From contig OZ024740.1 in NCBI GenBank assembly GCA_964016885.1, positions 203,298,001 to 203,362,000 of the forward strand: a stretch of DNA of 64,000 nucleotides. Direction: 5' to 3'. Position numbers and translations under genes: made by a program. The notes under the pieces were generated by a model. That model saw only the letters and a list, made by a program, of their open reading frames with translations. It ran no database searches and was not told where the DNA came from. Shown here one piece after another: positions 52,001 through 64,000 of this stretch. Origin of the DNA: Eledone cirrhosa. Lineage: Eukaryota. Each line of letters opens with the position of its first letter. The stretch's first letter is position 1.

Positions 52001-55000
52001 CAGAGTAGTATAGAGGGGAGGGGAGGAGAATTAGGAAGTCGAGTGACAAACAGAGTAGTATAGAGGGGGAGGGAGGAGAATTAGGAAGTCGAGTGACAAA
52101 CAGAGTAGTATAGAGAGGGGAGGGGGAGGAGAATTAGGAAGTCGAGTGACAAACAGAGTAGTATAGAGGGGGAGGAGGAGAATTAGGAAGTCGAGTGACA
52201 AACAGAGTAGTATAGAGGGGGAGGGAGAGAATTAGGAAGTCGAGTGACAAACAGAGTAGTATAGAGGGGGGGGAGGAGAATTAGGAAGTCGAGTGACAAA
52301 CAGAGTAGTATAGAGGGGGAGGAGGAGAATTAGGAAGTCGAGTGACAAACAGAGTAGTATAGAGGGGGAGGGGGAGAGAATTAGGAAGTCGAGTGACAAA
52401 CAGAGTAGTATAGAGGGGGAGGAGGAGAATTAGGAAGTCGAGTGACAAACAGAGTAGTATAGAGGGGGAGGGGAGAATTAGGAAGTCGAGTGACAAACAG
52501 AGTAGTATAGAGGGGGAGGGGGAGAAGAATTAGGAAGTCGAGTGACAAACAGAGTAGTATAGAGGGGGAGGAGGAGAATTAGGAAGTCGAGTGACAAACA
52601 GAGTAGTATAGAGGGGGAGGGGGAGAATTAGGAAGTCGAGTGACAAACAGAGTAGTATAGAGAGGGAGGGGAGGAGAATTAGGAAGTCGAGTGACAAACA
52701 GAGTAGTATAGAGGGGGAGGGGAGAATTAGGAAGTCGAGTGACAAACAGAGTAGTATAGAGGGGGAGGGGGAGAATTAGGAAGTCGAGTGACAAACAGAG
52801 TAGTATAGAGGGGGAGGGGGAGGAGAATTAGGAAGTCGAGTGACAAACAGAGTAGTATAGAGGGGGAGGAGGAGAATTAGGAAGTCGAGTGACAAACAGA
52901 GTAGTATAGAGGGGGAGGGGGAGAGAATTAGGAAGTCGAGTGACAAACAGAGTAGTATAGAGGGGGAGGAGGAGAATTAGGAAGTCGAGTGACAAACAGA
53001 GTAGTATAGAGGGGGAGGGGGAGAATTAGGAAGTCGAGTGACAAACAGAGTAGTATAGAGGAGGGAGGAGGAGAATTAGGAAGTCGAGTGACAAACAGAG
53101 TAGTATAGAGGGGGAGGGGGAGAATTAGGAAGTCGAGTGACAAACAGAGTAGTATAGAGGGGGAGGGGGAGAATTAGGAAGTCGAGTGACAAACAGAGTA
53201 GTATAGAGGGGGAGGGGGGAGAATTAGGAAGTCGAGTGACAAACAGAGTAGTATAGAGGGGGAGGAGGGAGAATTAGGAAGTCGAGTGACAAACAGAGTA
53301 GTATAGAGGGGGAGGGGGAGAATTAGGAAGTCGAGTGACAAACAGAGTAGTATAGAGGGGGAGGGGGAGAATTAGGAAGTCGAGTGACAAACAGAGTAGT
53401 ATAGAGGGGGAGGGGGAGAATTAGGAAGTCGAGTGACAAACAGAGTAGTATAGAGGGGGAGGGGGAGAATTAGGAAGTCGAGTGACAAACAGAGTAGTAT
53501 AGAGGGGGAGGAGGAGAATTAGGAAGTCGAGTGACAAACAGAGTAGTATAGAGGGGGAGGGGGAGAATTAGGAAGTCGAGTGACAAACAGAGTAGTATAG
53601 AGGGGGAGGGGGAGAATTAGGAAGTCGAGTGACAAACAGAGTAGTATAGAGGGGGAGGGGGAGAGAATTAGGAAGTCGAGTGACAAACAGAGTAGTATAG
53701 AGGGGGAGGGGAGGAGAATTAGGAAGTCGAGTGACAAACAGAGTAGTATAGAGGGGGAGGGGGAGAATTAGGAAGTCGAGTGACAAACAGAGTAGTATAG
53801 AGGGGGAGGAGGAGAATTAGGAAGTCGAGTGACAAACAGAGTAGTATAGAGGGGGAGGAGGAGGAGAATTAGGAAGTCGAGTGACAAACAGAGTAGTATA
53901 GAGGGGGAGGGAGGAGAATTAGGAAGTCGAGTGACAAACAGAGTAGTATAGAGGGGGAGGGGGAGAATTAGGAAGTCGAGTGACAAACAGAGTAGTATAG
54001 AGGGGGAGGAGGAGAATTAGGAAGTCGAGTGACAAACAGAGTAGTATAGAGGGGGAGGAGGAGAGAATTAGGAAGTCGAGTGACAAACAGAGTAGTATAG
54101 AGGGGGAGGAGGAGAATTAGGAAGTCGAGTGACAAACAGAGTAGTATAGAGGGGGAGGAGGAGAATTAGGAAGTCGAGTGACAAACAGAGTAGTATAGAG
54201 GGGGAGGGGGAGAATTAGGAAGTCGAGTGACAAACAGAGTAGTATAGAGGGGGAGGGGGAGAATTAGGAAGTCGAGTGACAAACAGAGTAGTATAGAGGG
54301 GGAGGGGAGAATTAGGAAGTCGAGTGACAAACAGAGTAGTATAGAGGGGGAGGAGGGAGAATTAGGAAGTCGAGTGACAAACAGAGTAGTATAGAGGGGG
54401 AGGAGGAGAATTAGGAAGTCGAGTGACAAACAGAGTAGTATAGAGGGGGAGGGGGAGAATTAGGAAGTCGAGTGACAAACAGAGTAGTATAGAGGGGGAG
54501 GGGGAGAATTAGGAAGTCGAGTGACAAACAGAGTAGTATAGAGGGGGAGGAGGAGAATTAGGAAGTCGAGTGACAAACAGAGTAGTATAGAGGGGGAGGA
54601 GGAGAATTAGGAAGTCGAGTGACAAACAGAGTAGTATAGAGGGGGAGGGAGGAGAATTAGGAAGTCGAGTGACAAACAGAGTAGTATAGAGGGGGAGGGA
54701 GGAGAATTAGGAAGTCGAGTGACAAACAGAGTAGTATAGAGGGGGAGGGGGAGAATTAGGAAGTCGAGTGACAAACAGAGTAGTATAGAGGGGGAGGAGG
54801 AGAATTAGGAAGTCGAGTGACAAACAGAGTAGTATAGAGGGGGAGGAGGGAGAATTAGGAAGTCGAGTGACAAACAGAGTAGTATAGAGGGGGAGGGGAG
54901 GAGAATTAGGAAGTCGAGTGACAAACAGAGTAGTATAGAGGGGGAGGGAGGAGAATTAGGAAGTCGAGTGACAAACAGAGTAGTATAGAGGGGGAGGAGG

Positions 55001-58000
55001 AGAATTAGGAAGTCGAGTGACAAACAGAGTAGTATAGAGGGGGGAGGAGGAGAATTAGGAAGTCGAGTGACAAACAGAGTAGTATAGAGGGGGAGGAGGA
55101 GAATTAGGAAGTCGAGTGACAAACAGAGTAGTATAGAGGGGGAGGAGGAGAATTAGGAAGTCGAGTGACAAACAGAGTAGTATAGAGGGGGAGGGGAGGA
55201 GAATTAGGAAGTCGAGTGACAAACAGAGTAGTATAGAGGGGGAGGAGGAGAATTAGGAAGTCGAGTGACAAACAGAGTAGTATAGAGGGGAGGAGGAGGA
55301 GAATTAGGAAGTCGAGTGACAAACAGAGTAGTATAGAGGGGGGGAGGAGGAGAATTAGGAAGTCGAGTGACAAACAGAGTAGTATAGAGGGGAGGAGGAG
55401 GAGAATTAGGAAGTCGAGTGACAAACAGAGTAGTATAGAGGGGGAGGGAGGAGAATTAGGAAGTCGAGTGACAAACAGAGTAGTATAGAGGGGGAGGGGG
55501 AGAATTAGGAAGTCGAGTGACAAACAGAGTAGTATAGAGGGGGAGGAGGAGAATTAGGAAGTCGAGTGACAAACAGAGTAGTATAGAGGGGGAGGGGGAG
55601 AATTAGGAAGTCGAGTGACAAACAGAGTAGTATAGAGGGGGGGAGGAGGAGAATTAGGAAGTCGAGTGACAAACAGAGTAGTATAGAGGGGGAGGGGGAG
55701 AATTAGGAAGTCGAGTGACAAACAGAGTAGTATAGAGGGGGGGAGGAGGAGAATTAGGAAGTCGAGTGACAAACAGAGTAGTATAGAGGGGGAGGGGAGA
55801 GAAGAATTAGGAAGTCGAGTGACAAACAGAGTAGTATAGAGGGGAAGGAGGAGGAGAATTAGGAAGTCGAGTGACAAACAGAGTAGTATAGAGGGGGGGG
55901 AGGAGGAGAATTAGGAAGTCGAGTGACAAACAGAGTAGTATAGAGGGGGAGGAGGAGGAGAATTAGGAAGTCGAGTGACAAACAGAGTAGTATAGAGGGG
56001 GAGGAGGAGAATTAGGAAGTCGAGTGACAAACAGAGTAGTATAGAGGGGAAGGAGGAGGAGAATTAGGAAGTCGAGTGACAAACAGAGTAGTATAGAGGG
56101 GGAGGGAGAAGAATTAGGAAGTCGAGTGACAAACAGAGTAGTATAGAGGGGAAGGAGGAGGAGAATTAGGAAGTCGAGTGACAAACAGAGTAGTATAGAG
56201 GGGGGGAGGAGGAGAATTAGGAAGTCGAGTGACAAACAGAGTAGTATAGAGGGGGAGGAGGAGGAGAATTAGGAAGTCGAGTGACAAACAGAGTAGTATA
56301 GAGGGGGAGGAGGAGAATTAGGAAGTCGAGTGACAAACAGAGTAGTATAGAGGGGAGGGGAGAATTAGGAAGTCGAGTGACAAACAGAGTAGTATAGAGG
56401 GGAAGGAGGAGGAGAATTAGGAAGTCGAGTGACAAACAGAGTAGTATAGAGGGGGGGGAGGAGGAGAATTAGGAAGTCGAGTGACAAACAGAGTAGTATA
56501 GAGGGGAGGAGGAAGAATTAGGAAGTCGAGTGACAAACAGAGTAGTATAGAGGGGGAGGGGGAGAAGAATTAGGAAGTCGAGTGACAAACAGAGTAGTAT
56601 AGAGGGGAAGGAGGAGGAGAATTAGGAAGTCGAGTGACAAACAGAGTAGTATAGAGGGGGGGAGGAGGAGAATTAGGAAGTCGAGTGACAAACAGAGTAG
56701 TATAGAGGGGGAGGAGGAGGAGAATTAGGAAGTCGAGTGACAAACAGAGTAGTATAGAGGGGGAGGAGGAGAATTAGGAAGTCGAGTGACAAACAGAGTA
56801 GTATAGAGGGGAGGGGGAGAATTAGGAAGTCGAGTGACAAACAGAGTAGTATAGAGGGGAGGGGGAGAATTAGGAAGTCGAGTGACAAACAGAGTAGTAT
56901 AGAGGGGGAGGAGGAGGAGAATTAGGAAGTCGAGTGACAAACAGAGTAGTATAGAGGGGGAGGGGGAGAATTAGGAAGTCGAGTGACAAACAGAGTAGTA
57001 TAGAGGGGGAGGAGGAGAAGAATTAGGAAGTCGAGTGACAAACAGAGTAGTATAGAGGGGGAGGAGGAGAATTAGGAAGTCGAGTGACAAACAGAGTAGT
57101 ATAGAGGGGGAGGGGGAGAATTAGGAAGTCGAGTGACAAACAGAGTAGTATAGAGGGGGAGGAGGAGGAGAATTAGGAAGTCGAGTGACAAACAGAGTAG
57201 TATAGAGGGGGAGGGGAGAATTAGGAAGTCGAGTGACAAACAGAGTAGTATAGAGGGGGAGGAGGAGAAGAATTAGGAAGTCGAGTGACAAACAGAGTAG
57301 TATAGAGGGGGGGGAGGAGAATTAGGAAGTCGAGTGACAAACAGAGTAGTATAGAGGGGGAGGAGGAGGAGAATTAGGAAGTCGAGTGACAAACAGAGTA
57401 GTATAGAGGGGGAGGAGGAGGAGAATTAGGAAGTCGAGTGACAAACAGAGTAGTATAGAGGGGGAGGAGGAGGAGAATTAGGAAGTCGAGTGACAAACAG
57501 AGTAGTATAAGAGGGGGAGGAGGAGAATTAGGAAGTCGAGTGACAAACAGTAGTATAGAGGGGGGGGAGGAGAAGAATTAGGAAGTCGAGTGACAAACAG
57601 AGTAGTATAGAGGGGGAGGGGGAGAATTAGGAAGTCGAGTGACAAACAGAGTAGTATAGAGGGGAGGAGGAGAATTAGGAAGTCGAGTGACAAACAGAGT
57701 AGTATAGAGGGGGAGGGGGAGAATTAGGAAGTCGAGTGACAAACAGAGTAGTATAGAGGGGGAGGAGGAGAAGAATTAGGAAGTCGAGTGACAAACAGAG
57801 TAGTATAGAGGGGGAGGGGAGAATTAGGAAGTCGAGTGACAAACAGAGTAGTATAGAGGGGGAGGAGGAGAATTAGGAAGTCGAGTGACAAACAGAGTAG
57901 TATAGAGGGGGAGGGGGAGAATTAGGAAGTCGAGTGACAAACAGAGTAGTATAGAGGGGGAGGAGGAGAAGAATTAGGAAGTCGAGTGACAAACAGAGTA

Positions 58001-61000
58001 GTATAGAGGGGGAGGAGGAGAATTAGGAAGTCGAGTGACAAACAGAGTAGTATAGAGGGGGAGGAGGAGAATTAGGAAGTCGAGTGACAAACAGAGTAGT
58101 ATAGAGGGGGAGGAGGAGAAGAATTAGGAAGTCGAGTGACAAACAGAGTAGTATAGAGGGGGAGGAGGAGAATTAGGAAGTCGAGTGACAAACAGAGTAG
58201 TATAGAGGGGGAGGAGGAGAATTAGGAAGTCGAGTGACAAACAGAGTAGTATAGAGGGGGAGGAGGAGAATTAGGAAGTCGAGTGACAAACAGAGTAGTA
58301 TAGAGGGGGAGGAGGAGGAGAATTAGGAAGTCGAGTGACAAACAGAGTAGTATAGAGGGGGAGGGGAGAATTAGGAAGTCGAGTGACAAACAGAGTAGTA
58401 TAGAGGGGAGGAGGAGGAGAATTAGGAAGTCGAGTGACAAACAGAGTAGTATAGAGGGGGAGGAGGAGGAGAATTAGGAAGTCGAGTGACAAACAGAGTA
58501 GTATAGAGGGGGAGGGGGAGAATTAGGAAGTCGAGTGACAAACAGAGTAGTATAGAGGGGAAGGGGGAGGAGAATTAGGAAGTCGAGTGACAAACAGAGT
58601 AGTATAGAGGGGGAGGGGAGAATTAGGAAGTCGAGTGACAAACAGAGTAGTATAGAGGGGGAGGGGGAGAATTAGGAAGTCGAGTGACAAACAGAGTAGT
58701 ATAGAGGGGGAGGAGGAGGAGAATTAGGAAGTCGAGTGACAAACAGAGTAGTATAGAGGGGAAGGGGGAGGAGAATTAGGAAGTCGAGTGACAAACAGAG
58801 TAGTATAGAGGGGGAGGAGGAGAATTAGGAAGTCGAGTGACAAACAGAGTAGTATAGAGAGGAAGGGGGAGGAGAATTAGGAAGTCGAGTGACAAACAGA
58901 GTAGTATAGAGGGGGAGGGAGGAGAATTAGGAAGTCGAGTGACAAACAGAGTAGTATAGAGGGGGAGGAGGAGAGAATTAGGAAGTCGAGTGACAAACAG
59001 AGTAGTATAGAGGGGAAGGGGGAGAGAATTAGGAAGTCGAGTGACAAACAGAGTAGTATAGAGGGGGGAGGAGAATTAGGAAGTCGAGTGACAAACAGAG
59101 TAGTATAGAGGGGGAGGGGGAGAATTAGGAAGTCGAGTGACAAACAGAGTAGTATAGAGGGGGAGGAGGAGAATTAGGAAGTCGAGTGACAAACAGAGTA
59201 GTATAGAGGGGAAGGGGGAGGAGATTAGGAAGTCGAGTGACAAACAGAGTAGTATAGAGGGGGAGGAGGAGAATTAGGAAGTCGAGTGACAAACAGAGTA
59301 GTATAGAGGGGGAGGGGGAGAATTAGGAAGTCGAGTGACAAACAGAGTAGTATAGAGGGGGAGGAGGAGGAGAATTAGGAAGTCGAGTGACAAACAGAGT
59401 AGTATAGAGGGGGAGGAGGAGAATTAGGAAGTCGAGTGACAAACAGAGTAGTATAGAGGGGAAGGGGGAGGAGAATTAGGAAGTCGAGTGACAAACAGAG
59501 TAGTATAGAGGGGGAGGAGGAGAATTAGGAAGTCGAGTGACAAACAGAGTAGTATAGAGGGGGAGGGGAGAATTAGGAAGTCGAGTGACAAACAGAGTAG
59601 TATAGAGGGGGAGGAGGAGGAGAATTAGGAAGTCGAGTGACAAACAGAGTAGTATAGAGGGGGAGGAGGAGAATTAGGAAGTCGAGTGACAAACAGAGTA
59701 GTATAGAGGGGGAGGAGGAGAATTAGGAAGTCGAGTGACAAACAGAGTAGTATAGAGGGGGAGGGGGAGAATTAGGAAGTCGAGTGACAAACAGAGTAGT
59801 ATAGAGGGGGAGGGGGAGAATTAGGAAGTCGAGTGACAAACAGAGTAGTATAGAGGGGGAGGAGGAGGAGAATTAGGAAGTCGAGTGACAAACAGAGTAG
59901 TATAGAGGGGGAGGAGGAGGAGAATTAGGAAGTCGAGTGACAAACAGAGTAGTATAGAGGGGAGGAGGAGGAGAATTAGGAAGTCGAGTGACAAACAGAG
60001 TAGTATAGAGGGGGAGGAGAGGAGAATTAGGAAGTCGAGTGACAAACAGAGTAGTATAGAGGGGGAGGAGGAGAATTAGGAAGTCGAGTGACAAACAGAG
60101 TAGTATAGAGGGGGAGGAGGAGAATTAGGAAGTCGAGTGACAAACAGAGTAGTATAGAGGGGGAGGAGGAAGAATTAGGAAGTCGAGTGACAAACAGAGT
60201 AGTATAGAGGGGGAGGAGGAGAATTAGGAAGTCGAGTGACAAACAGAGTAGTATAGAGGGGGAGGAGGAGGAGAATTAGGAAGTCGAGTGACAAACAGAG
60301 TAGTATAGAGGGGGAGGAGGAGAATTAGGAAGTCGAGTGACAAACAGAGTAGTATAGAGGGGGAGGAGGAGGAGAATTAGGAAGTCGAGTGACAAACAGA
60401 GTAGTATAGAGGGGGAGAGGAGGAGAATTAGGAAGTCGAGTGACAAACAGAGTAGTATAGAGGGGGAGGAGGAGGAGAATTAGGAAGTCGAGTGACAAAC
60501 AGAGTAGTATAGAGGGGGAGGAGGAGGAGAATTAGGAAGTCGAGTGACAAACAGAGTAGTATAGAGGGGGAGGAGGAGAATTAGGAAGTCGAGTGACAAA
60601 CAGAGTAGTATAGAGGGGGAGGAGGAGAATTAGGAAGTCGAGTGACAAACAGAGTAGTATAGAGGGGGAGGAGGAGGAGAATTAGGAAGTCGAGTGACAA
60701 ACAGAGTAGTATAGAGGGGGAGGAGGAGAATTAGGAAGTCGAGTGACAAACAGAGTAGTATAGAGGGGGAGGAGGAGGAGAATTAGGAAGTCGAGTGACA
60801 AACAGAGTAGTATAGAGAGGAAGGGGGAGGAGAATTAGGAAGTCGAGTGACAAACAGAGTAGTATAGAGGGGGAGGAGGAGAATTAGGAAGTCGAGTGAC
60901 AAACAGAGTAGTATAGAGGGGGAGGGGGAGAATTAGGAAGTCGAGTGACAAACAGAGTAGTATAGAGGGGGAGGAGGAGAATTAGGAAGTCGAGTGACAA

Positions 61001-63132
61001 ACAGAGTAGTATAGAGGGGGAGGAGGAGAATTAGGAAGTCGAGTGACAAACAGAGTAGTATAGAGGGGGAGGAGGAGGAGAATTAGGAAGTCGAGTGACA
61101 AACAGAGTAGTATAGAGGGGGGGGAGGAGGAGAATTAGGAAGTCGAGTGACAAACAGAGTAGTATAGAGGGGGAGGAGGAGGAGAATTAGGAAGTCGAGT
61201 GACAAACAGAGTAGTATAGAGGGGGGGGAGGAGGAGAATTAGGAAGTCGAGTGACAAACAGAGTAGTATAGAGGGGGAGGAGGAGGAGAATTAGGAAGTC
61301 GAGTGACAAACAGAGTAGTATAGAGGGGGAGGAGGAGGAGAATTAGGAAGTCGAGTGACAAACAGAGTAGTATAGAGGGGGAGGGGGAGAATTAGGAAGT
61401 CGAGTGACAAACAGAGTAGTATAGAGGGGGGGGAGGAGGAGAATTAGGAAGTCGAGTGACAAACAGAGTAGTATAGAGGGGGAGGAGGAGGAGAATTAGG
61501 AAGTCGAGTGACAAACAGAGTAGTATAGAGGGGGGGGAGGAGGAGAATTAGGAAGTCGAGTGACAAACAGAGTAGTATAGAGGGGGGGGAGGAGGAGAAT
61601 TAGGAAGTCGAGTGACAAACAGAGTAGTATAGAGGGGGAGGAGGAGGAGAATTAGGAAGTCGAGTGACAAACAGAGTAGTATAGAGGGGGAGGGGGAGGA
61701 GAATTAGGAAGTCGAGTGACAAACAGAGTAGTATAGAGGGGGAGGAGGAGGAGAATTAGGAAGTCGAGTGACAAACAGAGTAGTATAGAGGGGGGGGAGG
61801 AGGAGAATTAGGAAGTCGAGTGACAAACAGAGTAGTATAGAGGGGGAGGAGGAGGAGAATTAGGAAGTCGAGTGACAAACAGAGTAGTATAGAGGGGGAG
61901 GAGGAGGAGAATTAGGAAGTCGAGTGACAAACAGAGTAGTATAGAGGGGGAGGGGGAGAATTAGGAAGTCGAGTGACAAACAGAGTAGTATAGAGGGGGA
62001 GGAGGAGGAGAATTAGGAAGTCGAGTGACAAACAGAGTAGTATAGAGGGGGAGGAGGAGAATTAGGAAGTCGAGTGACAAACAGAGTAGTATAGAGGGGG
62101 AGGGGGAGAATTAGGAAGTCGAGTGACAAACAGAGTAGTATAGAGGGGGAGGAGGAGAATTAGGAAGTCGAGTGACAAACAGAGTAGTATAGAGGGGGAG
62201 GAGGAGGAGAATTAGGAAGTCGAGTGACAAACAGAGTAGTATAGAGGGGGAGGAGGAGAATTAGGAAGTCGAGTGACAAACAGAGTAGTATAGAGGGGGA
62301 GGGGGAGAATTAGGAAGTCGAGTGACAAACAGAGTAGTATAGAGGGGGAGGAGGAGGAGAATTAGGAAGTCGAGTGACAAACAGAGTAGTATAGAGGGGG
62401 AGGGGGAGAATTAGGAAGTCGAGTGACAAACAGAGTAGTATAGAGGGGGAGGAGGAGGAGAATTAGGAAGTCGAGTGACAAACAGAGTAGTATAGAGGGG
62501 GAGGGGGAGGAGAATTAGGAAGTCGAGTGACAAACAGAGTAGTATAGAGGGGGAGGGGGAGAATTAGGAAGTCGAGTGACAAACAGAGTAGTATAGAGGG
62601 GGAGGAGGAGAATTAGGAAGTCGAGTGACAAACAGAGTAGTATAGAGGGGGAGGGGGAGGAGAATTAGGAAGTCGAGTGACAAACAGAGTAGTATAGAGG
62701 GGGAGGGGGAGAATTAGGAAGTCGAGTGACAAACAGAGTAGTATAGAGGGGGAGGAGGAGAATTAGGAAGTCGAGTGACAAACAGAGTAGTATAGAGGGG
62801 GAGGGGGAGAATTAGGAAGTCGAGTGACAAACAGAGTAGTATAGAGGGGGAGGGGGAGAATTAGGAAGTCGAGTGACAAACAGAGTAGTATAGAGGGGGA
62901 GGGGGAGAATTAGGAAGTCGAGTGACAAACAGAGTAGTATAGAGGGGGAGGGGGAGAATTAGGAAGTCGAGTGACAAACAGAGTAGTATAGAGGGGGAGG
63001 GGGAGAATTAGGAAGTCGAGTGACAAACAGAGTAGTATAGAGAGGGAGGGGGAGGAGAATTAGGAAGTCGAGTGACAAACAGAGTAGTATAGAGGGGGAG
63101 GGGGAGGAGAATTAGGAAGTCGAGTGACAAAC
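40093..63132. repeat. ~23 kb satellite array, 49/52-bp units (~450 visible copies)
   Basis: Constant 38-mer GAATTAGGAAGTCGAGTGACAAACAGAGTAGTATAGAG plus a G/A-only linker, mostly 11 or 14 nt. Confidence 0.98.
50677..50876. other. Assembly gap (200 N) inside the satellite
   Basis: N run; true array length unknown. Confidence 0.99.
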
Positions 63133-63928
63133 GGTGATGTCGTCAATTTACAGTGTAGGGAGTTAAAGAGAATTAAATTGTTTATAGTGGGAGAGAGAGA
63201 GGGGGGAGATAGAGATATAAATATATATATAAATAAAAATAAAGAAGGGGGGGAAGAAAAGATAGCAAAAAAGGGAGAGAAGAAAAGAATAAAACGAAAA
63301 AGAGAATGCTTACCTGCGTTTTCTTCTTTTATTCTTTATACTCCAAGATTGAACGTGATTCTTACAAACTTGTGGAGTTACCCCTAACCATACGTTGAAA
63401 CCGTCCATGAAACTGGCTATCTTAACCACGAACTGGATTACAATAAGCAATTTTCTGCTTCCCTAACTATATATATATATACATACATATATGTACTCAT
63501 ATATCACCACAAGTTGGACATATATATATATATATATATATATTTCATTCATTACACTTCATTTTACGTCCACTTTTTCCCTGCTTGCAAGGGTGGGATG
63601 GGAACTGATTGTGGCTTGATTTCTACAGCTGGATGCCCTTCCTAACACCAACCTCATTTACAGTGAGTGCTGGGTGCTTTTTTGCCGTGGCACCTCCACG
63701 ACCACTTTGCAGTGGAATGATATAGACCCCAGTCCCTATCATCTCATTTCTACAGCTGAGTAAACTGGAGCAATGTGAAATAAAGTGTCTTGCTCAAGGA
63801 AACAACACATCACCCGGTCTGAGAATTGAACTGGGTGATGTGTTGTTTCATCCTGTACCTATCCAAATAGACATGCATGGCCACCGGCATATCACAATGA
63901 TTGCATAACTGTACCTATAATTGTGTAA

Positions 63929-63979
63929 GCATCTGACGAAGTCACATGAATAACCAAGTAACAGAAATATATATCATGC
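63929..63979 (+). ncRNA. Type I hammerhead ribozyme motif, Penelope-type
   Basis: Stem I GCAT/ATGC, core CTGACGA 63933-63939, imperfect stem II GTCAC/GTAAC, GAAA 63964-63967, palindromic stem III ATATATAT, AUC triplet, followed by AATAAA. Confidence 0.6.
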
Positions 63980-64000
63980 AATAAACAACTATGGTGAATT

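Noticed and set aside
44109-60242. Dozens of MSLDFLILL... ORFs on the minus strand
   Set aside because: Translations of the satellite using non-ATG starts; frames change with linker length
40093-63132. CRISPR-like appearance (constant repeat plus variable spacer)
   Set aside because: Linkers are ~11-14 nt, G/A-only and recurrent rather than unique; no cas genes; eukaryotic context

Overview
Repeat-rich eukaryotic genomic DNA, most likely coleoid cephalopod (Octopus-like; inferred from AT-rich microsatellites, RTE and Penelope retroelements and the SINE types, not proven). Two host genes are supported. (1) A complete two-exon TRAX/TSNAX gene on + (23238-23790 joined to 28899-29191, 281 aa), whose intron holds a near full-length but frameshifted antisense RTE LINE with a PHD-like finger. 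(2) A divergently oriented secreted C-type-lectin-like gene on - whose three small exons (12065-12116, 8326-8426, 1658-1730) are missed by the ORF track; it continues beyond the window start. The rest is LINE fragments (RTE, CR1, Vingi-like, Penelope), tRNA-derived SINEs, bipartite RTE-derived elements, MITEs, Helentron-like elements, minisatellites and a ~23 kb satellite (40093-63132, 38-bp constant core plus variable polypurine linker, 200-N gap). The most striking non-coding signal is a set of type I hammerhead ribozyme motifs. One well-formed copy lies on both strands of a perfect 340-bp palindrome (4902-5241).
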